The position numbers and the translations under genes were made by a program. A stretch of DNA of 64,000 nt from Antedon mediterranea (Eukaryota > Animalia > Echinodermata): NCBI RefSeq assembly GCF_964355755.1, contig NC_092676.1, forward strand, positions 8,347,888 to 8,411,887, written 5' to 3'. Below the pieces are notes generated by a model. The model saw nothing but the letters and a program-made list of their open reading frames with translations. It did not search any database and was not told the DNA's origin. Shown here one piece after another: positions 1-14,800 of this stretch; position 1 is the first letter of the stretch; each line of letters opens with the position of its first letter.

Positions 1-1242
1 ACAAAATTAATTACATTTTCCAAGTATTAAGATTACAGAAATCAGGTCTTTTCGAACGATTGTCATTTTGTAATGTTATTTAAACCGAACATTATCAACA
101 TTTAAATAGATGATCTATTAAATCTTTGTACTGTAACACATTTTACAATTCACCTTGTGAGAACTATTTCTATGAAACCTTGTAATATTAGTAGTGTATT
201 TAATATTTATTATTATGATATACAGTATGTATATATGCTTTTACAGTATAAGCCCTATAATAGGAGACACCATTGTGACCCTTAAAATCATCCCCTTACT
301 TGGGGTATCCCCTGAATGGCCATAGTGGTAAAACATATTCTTCTTGTTTGTTTCATTGGAAATTGTCTCCTTAAACTCAACTCGGACAGCTTCATATGAC
401 GAGGCCCGACAAGACAATTAAACATGCATGTACAGTATATAGTTCTCCCAATAACCTAAAAAACTATCCCTATACGCTATCCCAAGATGACTTGTCTCGT
501 CGGAATTCAACTCGGAAAACACCAACGAGTTATGCCGTTTCGTCGGGCCTTGTCGTACGATGATGTCCGAGTTGGTTGGCCTTAATATCTACATTCTACT
601 GTCATGGTTTCTATTTTTATGTAAAAAGGAAAAAAAATACTATACTTAGAAGAAAGGAAAATAGTTTAGAGATCTTGTAGTTATACTGTATTCTCTGAAA
701 TAATTGTCTCTAACTGTACAGTAACTTGTAAGTATAGTAAAGTATACAGTGTACTGTATAAAAGTGTATTCACCCTTTCCCAGTTGAATACTACTCTTTT
801 GAATATTTCTAAAATTGATCCATACTGTATAACACATTACTTAATCTGGCTCTCAGAAGTTGTATATATCAAATTTCTAATGTAAATTCATTGCATGTTG
901 AGTATTTTAATTAGCTTAATTTTTGTTGACAGTTCCCTTGCCTCGTGAACAGATGTAATTGTGATGTAGCTAGTAACACATGCATGTATTATATCATTGA
1001 GTACACATGTTTTTAAGAGACTGAGAACTAGTAATTGAATACCTTAATTTGAGATTTTAAACTTGATGTTGTACAGTACAAGTATAGTATATGACTTTAT
1101 CTTGCCAAATTTGTATTAGTTTAGATTAGTACCCTTTGCAAAAAGTGTATCAATAAATTTTGAAGAACATTTTGTAATTAGTTGTCATAATTTGGAATAT
1201 TGTTTGTAATTTCATTCATTTTATCCCAGAAACAATTTCAGT

Positions 1243-1432
1243 AAAGCTTGGTTCCCACTAGAACGTAACGCAAGGACATAAACGCAACGCAAACGTTTTA
1301 ACCAATGACAAGCAAAGTTATAGACAGTTAGCAATCACAAGCGAATAAGCCATCGCTTGTGATTGGTCGATTCACTTGCGCTGCGTTGTTACGTCCTCCT
1401 TGTGGTGCATCGCTAGTGGGAGCCACGCTTTA
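1243..1432. mobile_element. Palindromic MITE, family B (AGCTTGGTTCCCACTAG...CTAGTGGGAACCAAGCT), PIF/Harbinger-like
   Basis: Terminal inverted repeats flanked by TAA/TTA. A near-identical reverse-complement copy lies at 54547-54731. Further copies or fragments at ~22217-22338, 34500, 36040-36165, 42205-42344, 42590, 42688-42818, 54924-55078 and 59381-59465. Confidence 0.8.
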
Positions 1433-1779
1433 ATAAGATTCTGTTTTTACACACATAGATCCGGCTTCTTTTCAAGATAGTATGGGCTTCTTTTCGAAAT
1501 AGACTGTATTTGAATGTCTGATCGTGAAAATGTATGCAACTGTAACAAAATATTAATGACCTTACAACCCTTAATTATCTTAATGATCAAGCCTCATAAT
1601 ATTATGTTTAGTTTTCAAATGGTGTTTTGATTGCATCTTGTATCTTCTTGTCTGCTTCCTTGGCAAATATGTAAAATTTGGCAGGGAATGTCTTAAAATC
1701 ATATTACCGTATTGTAGCAATTTACAGCATTCAATTTGAAAAGAAGCGCCCCTTCTTCAGTTTGCAAACGTAATCTTGA

Positions 1780-1900
1780 AAAGAAGCCCACTATAGAGTC
1801 CTAAAAGAAGAAGCCCACTATAGAGTCCTAAAAGAAGAAGCCCACTATAGAGTCCTAAAAGAAGAAGCCCATTATAGAGTCCTAAAAGAAGAAGCCACCT
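1780..1900. repeat. Minisatellite, ~28-bp unit (aaaagaagaagcccactatagagtcct), about 4 copies
   Basis: Direct tandem copies visible in the sequence. Confidence 0.9.
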
Positions 1901-2099
1901 ATGGGATTCTTTTTGAGGTTTTACTGTAATTGTGCTTCAGGTATGATCACCCACCCCAAGTTTTCCACCCAATTTCAATATGCACCACTCAAAAAACAAA
2001 AGCCACCCACGCATAATATTTGACACCCATCTGTATACAATACTTATCTAGCTATATAACCCTATAACCATGGCGGGCCTAAAATATGCTATAACAGTA

Positions 2100-2800
2100 T
2101 AATCACTGACAAATGCATGGGTTCTAGACGTGTAATGACAGCCAAATGTTTGCTATTAAAAGCATACAAGACATTAAAAAGTCGCATATACTCTTGGGTA
2201 AAAATGTAACTCGGAGAAAAAAAAGTGAATTAAGGACATGAACTTGGCATGGAAAGCATTTCAACGATTAATTTGAAAGTTGGCAGTTAAATATTACTGG
2301 GACTTTGTTGTCACAGGAGAATTTGATGAAATGTATGAACTGGCAGTTGGCATACAATCAAACTATAACACAGAATTTCACAAGGTAAACACAACAAGAT
2401 ACCATAGGATCTTACCATAAGATACTTCCCCAAATTAGAAAAAGAAGTCATTTAGAATAAGTGGGCAGCAACATGCTACTCAAAAGTTTTCAAAGTTTAA
2501 ACTTTTGTCGTATGAAACCAGATTAAACTTTAAATTTACCTACTCTCAAATATCGTAGACAGAGGCCGGATATTCAAACACTCAGGATTATTAAAAGTAT
2601 TGATAATGTCTTTTTACTTTAATGTTTGCAGAAATACCAGAGGAAAGTCATTTAAGTTAAAACATCTATCTCGAACTAACTTGAGGCAGGGATCCTTCTC
2701 TAGGAACTGTTTGTCCAATGACGTCGTAAATTTGACATCGTTTAAAAAAGCTGGTCTGACCACCCGCACAAATATACACCATACGTTTAAAACAATAACT
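2100..2800 (+). mobile_element. Decayed CR1/L2-group LINE 3' fragment
   Basis: Broken frames ending in ...GSFSRNCLSNDVVNLTSFKKAG, resembling the SFF.R...WNxLPxxVVxxxxxxxFK C-terminus of CR1-group ORF2. Confidence 0.5.
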
Positions 2801-3954
2801 TTTTTTTTCACAAGGGGCCAAAAAGCATTAATGCTTGGCCTCTATACCCAGAATACCTGAATTCAGATGCTTTCTTGGGATACGGAAAGTTAAGTAATTA
2901 GACAGTCACTAAAACTGAAGTAAACAGAGCTGACATTGCTATTACAATTATTAAACAACAAAATAATATCAACAAAATGTAACAACAAAATAAAGTTGTA
3001 CATTCCAGTAAAGAAAGCATTTATTGTTAGAAATTAACTACAGTACAGTACTACTAAAGTAGAACAATATTTAACTTTATGCGTTGTATGTGTATTTTTA
3101 TACAGTACCGTTCTTATTTTGTTTTAAATATTATTATTATTATTTTAGGGATCATTGTGAGACAAGTTTTACTTCTAATTTTGATCCCTAAGATGGTCTT
3201 ATATTAATTATTGATTATTGTTTATTGTTAAAATATTGTTTGTTATATATTGTTTGTAATGACCATCTTAAATAAATGTTTATTGAATCTATAAACCTTT
3301 CGGACTTAACAAATTGTCCCCTTAAAAGGGGTACTTGAGTAGGGGTTCTACTGTGTTCCCATTTCAGGTAGAACTACATATATAAAGGATTTGCTATTAT
3401 TCATAATTACTGAATAAATTAAAAACAAAAATGAAGCCCAAAACCGAAAAAAAAAAATTCATCATCATGCCTGTAAAAATTTGAATTTCTCAAAATATTT
3501 AGTACTATTTGACAAACTACAAACATATACTAAGTTATTAATACGATGATATTGTCATTAAATGCAACTACTGTTATTGATTTGTAGAAAATTAATCATT
3601 ACTTGACTTTTACAAGATACTTATTCATGTTATTAATTAACTATGATCAATATTATATGAACTAAATTTAAAAAAAAACTTATTACTATGAATTTGAGAA
3701 ACATTATTGCTTCCATCATATTTACATACTTGTACCTCAAGATTAATGCTATCATCACAAAGTAACTAACTGTATATTTATTGATTTTAAATCAATAATT
3801 AATTACGCATCATGGGCAGATATACAAGGCAGGTTATCGTCTTATTAACTTTGAAAAGATCAATATTCATGATAATAAAGCTATATTAAAATCTACATTC
3901 CAATACACAGTAGTAGTAGTAGTAGTAGCAGTAGTAGTACAGTAAACACTCCTT

Positions 3955-4385
3955 TTTAACTCTTTCACAATCTCACCTCTTTTTCAAACCTACGCTACTC
4001 TTTCACAATCTACCTCTTTCTCAAACCTACTCTACTCTTTCACAATCTCACCTCTTTTTCAAACCTACTCTACTCTTTCACAATCTACCTCTTTCTCAAA
4101 CCTACTCTACTCCTTCACAATCTCACCTCTTTCTCAAACCTACTCTACTCTTTCACAATCTACCTCTTTCTCAAACCTACTCTACTCCTTCACAATCTCA
4201 CCTCTTTCTCAAACCTACTCTACTCTTTCACAATCTCACCTCTTTTTCAAACCTACTCTACTCTTTCACAATCTACCTCTTTCTCAAACCTACTCTACTC
4301 ATTCACAATCTACCTCTTTTTCAAACCTACTCTACTCTTTCACAATCTACATCTTTTTCAAACCTCTTCTACCTCTTTTTCAAAT
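3955..4385. repeat. Pyrimidine-rich minisatellite, ~37-38-bp unit (ctctttcacaatctcacctctttytcaaacctactcta), about 11 copies
   Basis: Direct tandem copies visible. Confidence 0.95.
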
Positions 4386-5488
4386 TGATCCTGCTATATT
4401 AAATGCAACTTAAACTTAATTGCATACCCGATATTGTAATACAGTAACAGTTTTTTTAAACAATAGTTGGCATCTTAGAGTAGAACAACGAGACAATGAA
4501 AATAGACTGTATTATAATATAAAAGATTTGCCTTGCTACTAAAGTTGATTTTAACCATTTCAAGAGTTATACAATTTAATTGTGCATGCTGTCAGTCAGC
4601 ATTTACCCACTTGAAAATATTCTGAAAATATAACTTAATATCAGCAAAAAATAACTTGGTGTTTATTTACTCTGGCGTGAGTTTCTGTAAATTCATAATA
4701 ATAAACTTAGTCGAACAAAATAATACTGCTTCCTTTAATATATATAATGTGTTTTTATATAATGATATTTTAAAAGATTACTTAGTAAAATGTATATTGC
4801 TAGAGCATACATACAGATTTGAATTTAACATGCAAACGATGCGTCTATCCTTATAAAAGCACTTATTAATAAGTCACAAAAATACTTGTTTAATATTAAC
4901 CTATCACTCACATGTAGTCTCACGGTACAAGTATATCAAATCAATAATGCAGTAAAACAAATTACATCCAGCACCACTGATTGAGGCACAACAATTAAAA
5001 TTCACCATATATGGTAAAAAACAAAAGGTCTTGATACTAATTTTCTGAATGTAAAAGCATAATTGCAGTAAAAACTGACTGGGAGAGTTTTGTTTTTAAA
5101 TAGGACTATTAAACTGAAGAAACTCCCAATATTGGCTGGATTTTTAATGCTTCTTAAACATATACAGTGGGCTATGTGTATGAGATTTTTGACAATAACA
5201 ATCAATCATCCGTGCCTAAACAATAACAAATAGGTTACTGTATGTAAGGGGCTGTAAGTCTAAAAGGCAAATGGTTTTATTATCAGACGAAACACTCCAG
5301 AAGAAACCTTATATACCCTTAGATACAGTATTTTGTCATAAAATACAAAAAAACAAGGAGAGAGGGCTCCATCATTGACAATTGTGATGTATGTGATGGG
5401 AGGGAACCAATGGATATTAATAGTAGACCTATGATGTGAAACAATTGATAAAAATACATGAAAGTAATAGGCCTACTGTATCTATATG

Positions 5489-5841
5489 AGTGAGTCATAT
5501 GGCCGAGCGGTTAAGGCAGGGGCACCGTTTACCGTACCTAAAGAGCCAACAACATCGGCAAGGGTTCGAGGCCGACTCGCTCCTAGTTCTGGTGGTGGAA
5601 CAAGTCTTCTCGTATAAACCGTAGGTCCAGTGTACACAGTTATAACCTGTGTGTACTTTAAAGAAACCCAGTTCATTATTCGAAAAATAGTAGGGGGTTA
5701 CCCCGGTGAACTGGTTCACACAATAGCCCCTGTAACAGGGGGATTACCACCTATCTGATAGGACAGTGATTAAATTCACTATTGGTAATCCTTGGCCAGA
5801 TTGCCTAAAGACATAAAATAAATAAATAAATAAATAAATAA
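5489..5841 (+). mobile_element. tRNA-derived SINE with Deu/Nin-type central domain
   Basis: A box TGGCCGAGCGG and B box GGTTCGAGGCC. Central AAACCGTAGGTCC...TAAAGAAACCC...AGTAGGGGGTTACCCCGGTG resembles the DeuSINE/Nin core. (TAAA)n tail. Relatives at 18812-19140 (+) and ~50405-50500 (-). Confidence 0.75.
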
Positions 5842-7365
5842 AGTATGTTGTCAAACAAATTATAGGTCTAAGGAGACCAGTAAACAATAGAAATACCTGA
5901 TGATAAGGCCAATTAAAAGAATTGTTAGTTTCATTTCTCCTCTTTAAATACTCCTTGAACCCAGGTGACCACTAAGTAAACAATTTATTTGTTATACATC
6001 AATTGCACATTTGTATTATGCTTATGTATTGATTATTATTGCAAACCTTTTATCAAATGAAAAAAATATACTTTTTCCTAACATTGTCATATTCAGTTAA
6101 GAATTAAATTTTCCATCCAAAATTTGATTAGAGTGATCTTTTAATAGTAAACCTGTTCTGTGAAAATCAGCCCACTTCAATCTGGTAATATTATAAAAGC
6201 TGTGAAAATCAGCCCACTTCAATCTGGTAATATTATAAAAGCTGGTAAAGTTGGTGATCTTCTAGTGTCAACTACTTGACCTGTTTTTGTAGTTTAATTA
6301 CAGGATATATAAATACAACTTCTACATTATCGAGGAATTAACAACAAACTTGATTTTTATTAGTTCACTGGTTTAATATGTTTAGGGAGTAATCACGACC
6401 ATGTGATAACATGCCCCAGGGTGCTGCAATTGGTTACAGTCCTATATTGTATGCTTTCAACATGCAGTATCTCCAATACTGCAATATTTGCCAAGTATCA
6501 TATGAATATTTGGTAATACAGCATCTTATTTTTATCACATGTGGTACCAGTATCAAAAGAATTAAATTAAGGGTTAGGTTATTTTATTTCATTTATTTAT
6601 TCGACCAATAAACAGATACAGAACAGAAACAAAGCACAAGGGTCAGGGGCAACTAAAGTAAAACAATTACTATAAGTCAGTAAATGCCCCTTAAAAAACA
6701 TCGAAATACAAAATATATTGCACCAAGTAGGCCTAAAACATTTGTACAAGTTTATTAAAAAGTCTCTTAATATTCAAAATTAGTATAAGGGATCGGTACA
6801 TATACCGTATATACAAAATTAAAAGATTAAAAAATTTATAATAATATATATATTATTAATAATGGTATTAGGTGAAACACATGTGATGCTGTATAACCAA
6901 CAAATATTCCTATGATAGTGGAAATATATACATACTCCTTTGATAGACCTCTATTTAGGAGACCACACTATTATAGGGGAAAGACATGGGTAAATAATAA
7001 CACAACAGCCCACCTTTATTTAAGAGACACCCTTATTAAATACTTGGACCTAGAAGGTGTCCCCTTAATAGAGGTTCTACTGACATACACTCATTTTACT
7101 CAAAATTATCTTTCAAATAATGGTTTAAATTTTTAATTGTTAAAAAGAAATTAAAGACTACAATTTATGTATATATATCTAGATATATTAACTCACTTAA
7201 AATGTCATTTATTGGCATAACATCGTTTGTCACTCATCAGTACATGTAAACAGTGTATATGAGTCAGGAACAAAGTACAAAGAACCTTGCTGTATCCTAT
7301 TAATGAATATTCATCATCACACAAACTAATGTGATTAAAGAGGAGTTATTGTATAGTAGTAGCCC

Positions 7366-7523
7366 AAAGCTCTGTCTACACTATCAAACTTTATGAGACA
7401 AAAAAATGTGATGTGCCCATTTGGATACGATGATGTCATATCACTACCATATTTAAGCATATCACCATTTGGTTACATCATATTTTTTTGTCACATAATG
7501 TTTGATAGTGTAGACAGAGCTTT
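7366..7523. mobile_element. Palindromic MITE, family A (AGCTCTGTCTACACTATCAAAC...GTTTGATAGTGTAGACAGAGCT), Harbinger-like
   Basis: TIRs, with a TAA TSD clear at the 47035-47158 and 52856-53012 copies. Other copies at ~13790-13870, 18568-18730, 26240-26375, 34240-34360, 55201-55310 and 56460-56600. Confidence 0.8.
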
Positions 7524-8894
7524 ATGAAGGTTGTTATTAGTCATTCCAATTAAAGGAATTTTCCAATTAGAGACCACATTTCTTTTTTTAGGATACATGA
7601 AAACAATGTACCTGTGCCATGCACAATTAGGCTACCGGGAAACACTTCTCCTTGCGAAGGGAAACACTCATATCTAAGTGAATAAAAACAGAAAAATCCT
7701 TAAAATTTACTGAGGATGATTGTTGAATATGCCATGAATAGCTATACTGGTCCATAAGGTACTATTAAACACAACTGTTTATCTATGTATCTATTATTGC
7801 TGCATATATCTTAAATATTAATTTTATTATCAATTGAAATATTAAAGTAGGACAGGCATTTACTGTATCAATGAAATTCCAAGCATGGACCGAGGCCTAT
7901 TTATTTAAACGCACCAAACTCTAATTGTACGAGATAAGCCCTAGTGCCTGATAGTCATGCTCGTAAAGCAACCGGTTGTCATAACAACATGCAATTTGCG
8001 GCCATTTACAATATGATTTACTTCTACCACATGACACATAATGATACTAGAACTAGATGCCAACATGCCAGTTAAAACGTCGATTACCAACTGAAAGCTA
8101 TTTCTATCGGAAAGCAAAAGTAATTGTTTCGTTATAAATATTGTGTGTTTGATTTAATGTGATTAGTGTACCATGATTAGTTTAATGTTGTAGATAATCA
8201 AATATAAACATACTGAGGTAGATACTGTTGTGATTGGTCACATCAAATGATTCCACAACTCTCATATTAACATTAATTACATGAACTATTTGGCAACTGT
8301 TCAATTTCTTTACAATCACTCCTATGACGTATAACTTGAAAAGGGGTTGATATTCATACACACTGTGATTGATCATTTATAAGATGATTACATTGATACT
8401 TGATTACGCATATACAATCGTATTAATATTACTATCGCAAGCTGTTTACAAACTTCTAAACAATCCCTTTACAATCTCTTTTATGTCACTGGAGATGAGA
8501 AGATTTGAGACGATTGTAAACAAAAAAATTCATAAGATGATTCTAACGAATGGTGTGACTAAGTTAGACCACATTACGTGACATTAATAGTTAACAAAAA
8601 TGTTGTTGAATCGCAGACAACGATGTAATGACGTTAACAAAAAGACTTGCAGATAAATTTTTTTTGTTCTCTATATTTTATAATTTGCACATTGCCGCAT
8701 TTCATATTGCATTGTTAATAAAAATGTCAGTAAAATCTACGAAATTATACATTTAAATTAATTATACTTTAATATATTATACATTGTTACAATTTTATAA
8801 TAATGGAATTCGGAGACACAAATATATTATAATATAAAGATTATTATATTATCATAAGGATGCCTCTCAAAACTGCAAATACAGCACTAAATCT

Positions 8895-11800
8895 TTAGTC
8901 AGATATAGATTCATTAAGAAACATCTTCAGTACTTGACCTTTGACACAAGACACAGGGAGGTCATCGGGTGCGTCAATGAAGACCTCCTCTGTGTTGTTT
9001 GCATGGTGAAACTGTTTTGCATGGAGATGAAAAATCCTCAACACATCTGTAAGCCTATTATACAAATGTAAAGAATATAAAAACAATTTAACTTTTATTA
9101 TCAATATATTTTTATATTATACTGTATTTATTCGAATAAACGCCCCATTTTGAATAAAAGCCTCCCTCAAATGAATGTCCCATAGAACATCATTTTGAAT
9201 AAATAAATTCATTGAATGACATTATCTACAATTTAGACTTTTGATACAAAATTACAGTTAAATATTTTATCACTTGTAGATATTAATTGTGTTGTATTTC
9301 CATATCTAGGGGGTATTTATTTTATTACACATACATATAAAAAAATGCCTCTTCCGAATAAATACCTCCCGATTAAAACCCTAAAAACCTCCCTGGGGCA
9401 TTTATTTGAATAAATACTGTATGTTTTGACACCTACCTGAAACTGTCTGGAATGCAGTCCCACAGGCTAGTGCAATATTCCTTAAATGCAGCCTTGTCCT
9501 GCAAATAACAAATTAAAAAACATTGTGATTAATTGGTATACAATTTTATAAATTGGGCTATAAATTTAAAGATGTATTGTTCCCAAAAACATTAAAAAAA
9601 TTAGACTACATTAAATCAGACTTTTGGAGTTTTAATAAACTAGAAAGTTTTCACTTATAAAAAGAAAAAATAAACGACTAAATTCAACCAAAACCCCATT
9701 GACTTCCAGTCTATTTGACTATTTTTTTGCTTTAAATTAGTTTTTTTCAGGTAAATACAAATTTTTTTCGATCCAATTTTTGGTCAAAGTGAATAATAAC
9801 TATTGTGACATTAAAATGGCATATTCAACCCAAAGGGTGTTACAAATTATTTTTTTTGGGAGACAATACATCTTTAAGTATTTCTAGCCCAATTTGAACT
9901 GCAGGAGGGGTTGGAGGGGTTGGAGATCTAGCTTGCACATTAACTTGTTTAAAAACCTTTTGAATGCAACTCCCTCATACATCCCGCTTGGTTGAGAATC
10001 TTTAATACAGTATGATATTCAAATGTTTTTAAATGCTGGTAATTCCACTGTTGAGGTCAAGAACAATTTAACATCAGCCTATTACCTTCACTAGAATGGT
10101 GAGAGGTTATGTGGTCGATTATGTGGCAGGATTACTCAAAAAGTTATTTCCAGATTTTCATAAGATTTAAAAGTATGGTTTCATAGCTGTATGGGAACAC
10201 GTCATTAAATGTTCATATGCCTTAGCAGAGGTTTGCGCTCTCCGAGTGCCTTCCTAGTTTTATTCAATCAGCTATAAATTTGCTATACCTTTGTGATACT
10301 GTTGACAAGAATAACAAAGAGTTCTTTGTGATGTTCTGTTCCAGTGTAGTTATGCAGTAAATGTAGTGCATCCGCCCAAAGCTTTTGATGTATTAAAACT
10401 TTAAGGGCTTCCACTTCACAATTAGTATCTTCACTGAAAGAAAAGAATAGAAAGTGAAATGGATATTCTAACCAGTCCCCACCGCCACCTCAACATGGGG
10501 GAGGACTTGGTCACAGAACTCAGTGTTTAAAATAACCTGTAATCAACAATCTTTATTTTCATTCTCACATCACTTAATAATAACAATTAAAAAATATATA
10601 TAAAGTCAACATTAAAGATGTATTGTCCCCCTGAAAAAATAATTTTGACAAAATTTTTTGTTGAATATGCCATATTAATGTCACATAATAGTTCTCCAAA
10701 AAATTGGATCAAAAAAATGTATTTGCCTGAAAAAAATGTAATTCAAAGCACATAGTCAAATTGGCTGCTAGCCAATGAATTTTTTTGTTGAATTTAACCA
10801 TTTTTTTGTGTCATTTTATAATTTTTATATAAAATATTTGTTTTTGTTTTCTTTCTACAGAAGTGATTACCTTTATTAAAACTACAAAATAAACTATTAA
10901 AAGTCTGATTTAATTAATCATTATGTTTTTGGGGACAATACATCTTCAATATTATCAAACAACACATAAATTTGACAAATAGTGCATGCAAATGTATTGA
11001 AATAGTAATATAAAATGGAAAAGCTCTGGTTGAAAATTATTAGGTTATATGCATTATCATGCATATAACCTCTTGATTCTGTCAAAATCTTTATTTATTT
11101 ATTTATTTATTCTTTCCTTAGCACTATTTTGTCCGTGAATTATCTTGGCATCAGTTTCATCTAGCTAGGTCAAGTTTTCAGAGTATATTCCTTATGGCCA
11201 GGAATCGATGTGGTTATATTTTCACGATGCGCAATCAAAAATTACGCGGTCTACGCGCGATTTTACGAAATCACGTTTGTAATCATATCTTCACAAGCAT
11301 GAATCACAATTAAACAAAATTTGGTACTCATAAATTTCAGGTCATATTTCATCATATGGCAATACAATTACGTGCGTAGCGCATATAACGCTTGCGTACG
11401 CGCGCTTAAAATGTTCAAAATTGTCAAAATTAATTTTCGATGAAATTAGAGTACGTTTCAGGCAATTTTAAGCGTTTAAAAAATTGCCATGAGTGCGCAG
11501 ATTTTTGCACGCGCACTGCGCGTTAAACGTTAATGCGCACTCTTTTTGTCCGATTTCTGTTTTACAATCTTTCTTTAATAATATCATCATATTTGATTCA
11601 CGTTTCAACTCGAAATTGTGTTATACGAGCACGTCAAAAGTGACTGGCTACGCACGTATAAGTTAACAAAATGGTGAAAATATGCTAAATTTTTAAATTA
11701 ATATATATCGTTGGAATGCTCGGGAACAGCTATTTTTTATTTCATTTTCTTGAAGTGTATGTATCATATGTATGATTTATTATGAAATAAAGAGAACAAA

Positions 11801-14800
11801 AGTTGATTAAGTCATCATTAATGGCATATTAAATTTACAAAAATTAATTTCGACAATCAAACAAATTATGACATTTTCTTAGGCCGAAATAACAAACTTA
11901 ACATTAACTTTCTTTCTTAAGAAGTTCATATATTAAAGTTAAAAGTATATAGTTTGACAGTGCATCATTTTTTTACATTTTTAAAGATGTCATCATAGTA
12001 AAAAATTATAATTCATTGCGGTATGTAATAATCTATTTGCACCAAAGTGGTTACTGCATAGTAAATACACGGAGGAATTTTTCTACAACTTTTAGTCAGT
12101 TGTGTATGGCTCGATGGTCTGTGCTCGTGTCTATGGCATTCAAGGTACCGCGATCGAGTCTCACCTTGGGAAACGAAATAAGATTTTTTTTTATTATCCG
12201 TATTGTTTGTTCAAATTTATTTCTTAGTGTATAGATTATACACATGATTTATAATGAAATATAGATAAAAAGTAACTTATGTCTTTATTATTATGTAACA
12301 AAAAATGTGGTTTATGACATTATACGCATATGGATCTTTGATCGGATTGTGATACCGGCTAAGGTGTTCGCGTTAGCAAGGTCCTCTCATATATTATAAA
12401 TAATTAAAGATTCTGAGAAAATCAATCAATCAATATATCTTTTAAAAATCAATTATCTTTATTTAAATCAATGCATATAACCTATAATTCGTCATAGTGA
12501 CGAATTAAATCTAGTTATTATTATTATTGTAATTATTATTATTGTTTTTTTATATTATTCCACAAGATTGTACTCACTGTGTTCAGATACATACCTTTTA
12601 AATTGTACATGTTTAGGCTATATTATCATAACAATATCATTTATTTCTGCTTACCTTAAAATGATAAGATCTGCTTTAGCTCTGGCAGCATCTGAGATTC
12701 TACGTGATCTGTGAAGATGTGGTAGTCCTGACCTTATTTGGTGCCACAATTGAAGCTGAAATCATATATATTCATGTTATATTTTTAATATTGTGTATGT
12801 GAATCAAATGTATTGCATAGCACTGTGTAAATTATAAATTAACAATACTGTTAAATTCTTGAAACAGTGCTCATACTAGGAACATGATCTCATAATCGCG
12901 TCGAGCATAGCTTATCGGGGAAAGTTCTGTATTACCGATCTCATTATCGCATCGAGCATAGCTCATCGGCGAAAGTTCTGTATTACGGAAAATAATACGG
13001 AACTACCGCCGATAAGCTATGTTCGCTGCGATTATGAGATATTTTTCGAATAATGAGCACTCTTTCTATAATTTGACAGTATGATATTTTTAATGTTATT
13101 TAAAATATTGAAATGACCGGATTACTCCTACTCTTTACAATTTGAATCATTTTTCAAATAGAACAAAAATGTAAGAAAACAAAATATATATATATAAATA
13201 TAATAAATAACTCACAGAATTACTTCTTCTGAAAAAAGCCGAAGAAGCAGTATCAGAATTCTTTAACTTTTGCACAAGATGAATGAAATTTATCTGCAAG
13301 TGAAATAATAGAACACAAAAGATGAATACAACACTAGAATATAATAGATGCTATTAAAAAATTTCCAATTCAATAGCCTACATTGTCATATTAAAATTAA
13401 TCGCTATTTGACCTAGATAGAAATAACCACAACGGTCATTAAGTAATCTAAGAGCATTTTCTAATCTAAAATATCAGTTTTAATAAACACTTTAGACGTA
13501 TTTATCATCTCGATATAATACTCTTAGTGATATATTTATATATGAAAACATATTATAAGCAATGTTCATGTAGAAAAACAAAAATATTAACAACGAGGCA
13601 AGACAGCTTCTAAAATAACGCATTTATATACGATTGCTAGTAATTTAATATGTGCTATTATTACACCCGAGTGTATCCCTGCCATTTGATTGGTTCATTT
13701 TGTATCATGTGCCATTTAGTTCTAATAAACAGTAAAAGTGATATTGAATTGTACTATTTTTTTCAGTTAAACAAAAATGTATGTGAAAAAAAAATATAAT
13801 GTGCCCATGGAACAATACATTTATAGGTCCATGGTCATATTACTACCATATTTGGGCACATCACACTTTTTCAGAATTAAATAATCATTCTGCACATGCT
13901 CATGTTTCATGACTTTTTGTCTTGACAGCTGCATATGGCATGTTATGAAAACAAAAGTTGATATATCTACAATATGTTTAAACATTCAAGGCCTGTAAAT
14001 CATTAATATAACAGTTACAATCTAAAATAATTAACGATAATGTACTGTAGATTTTTATAGCGCCATATCTGAAAAAAGCGCTCATGGCGCTCTAGCAAGT
14101 CAAATAAAAGTGGAGAAAGAGAATTAAAAGGAGGTACCAGAATATGAGGGCATTCAATGAAGATTAGTTTGCAGATGAAAGAGAACAAGGGGAATGATGT
14201 TGATGACATTGTTACTGTTGTACTTCCAAAGACATCATTTAGGTACTGAATAGCCTTCTCTTGCTCAACCTCATCTGCCGTCTGCAGGAACCATTGACCT
14301 ATTTTGGAACAAAAAATGTATTACTTTAAGAATTACTTTTTAATGAATATTTTCTTTATAACAGCAATTATTTCAATTATACTATAGACAGAAGGGTTAA
14401 AGGCCACGTACACGGACGAGTGGTAATAGTAGTTGGAAAACCCTGTGGGTTTTTTTTCACATAGATTTTTATCTATTCCGCTCATCTGCCCGTCCGCTTC
14501 GTGTTGTGTGTAAATGGTCATAAAAAATATCATAGATTCTATATTTTTGTTTACCATTTACCACTTATCGCTCGTCTGTGCTAATTGGCCTTAAGAAAGC
14601 AATCACAAAAAAGTCTCTCTTGACAGAATGTCCAGTTCAACTGTTTGTAGCATTTAATATTTTAAAGTTAAAGGTAAAAAAATAAATCACCTTACCATTT
14701 GCAAATCTTCCTAACTGAAGATACCGTAGTAAAATATCAAGTACCTTACAAGGGTAATTCTGGGCAAGCACTTCCATTTGATGGTATTTGTAGTCTAAAG

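Noticed and set aside
920-3290. Possible terminal exon and 3' UTR of an upstream plus-strand gene (acceptor-like TTTTGTTGACAG at ~932)
   Set aside because: No recognisable coding sequence; cannot be supported from this window alone.
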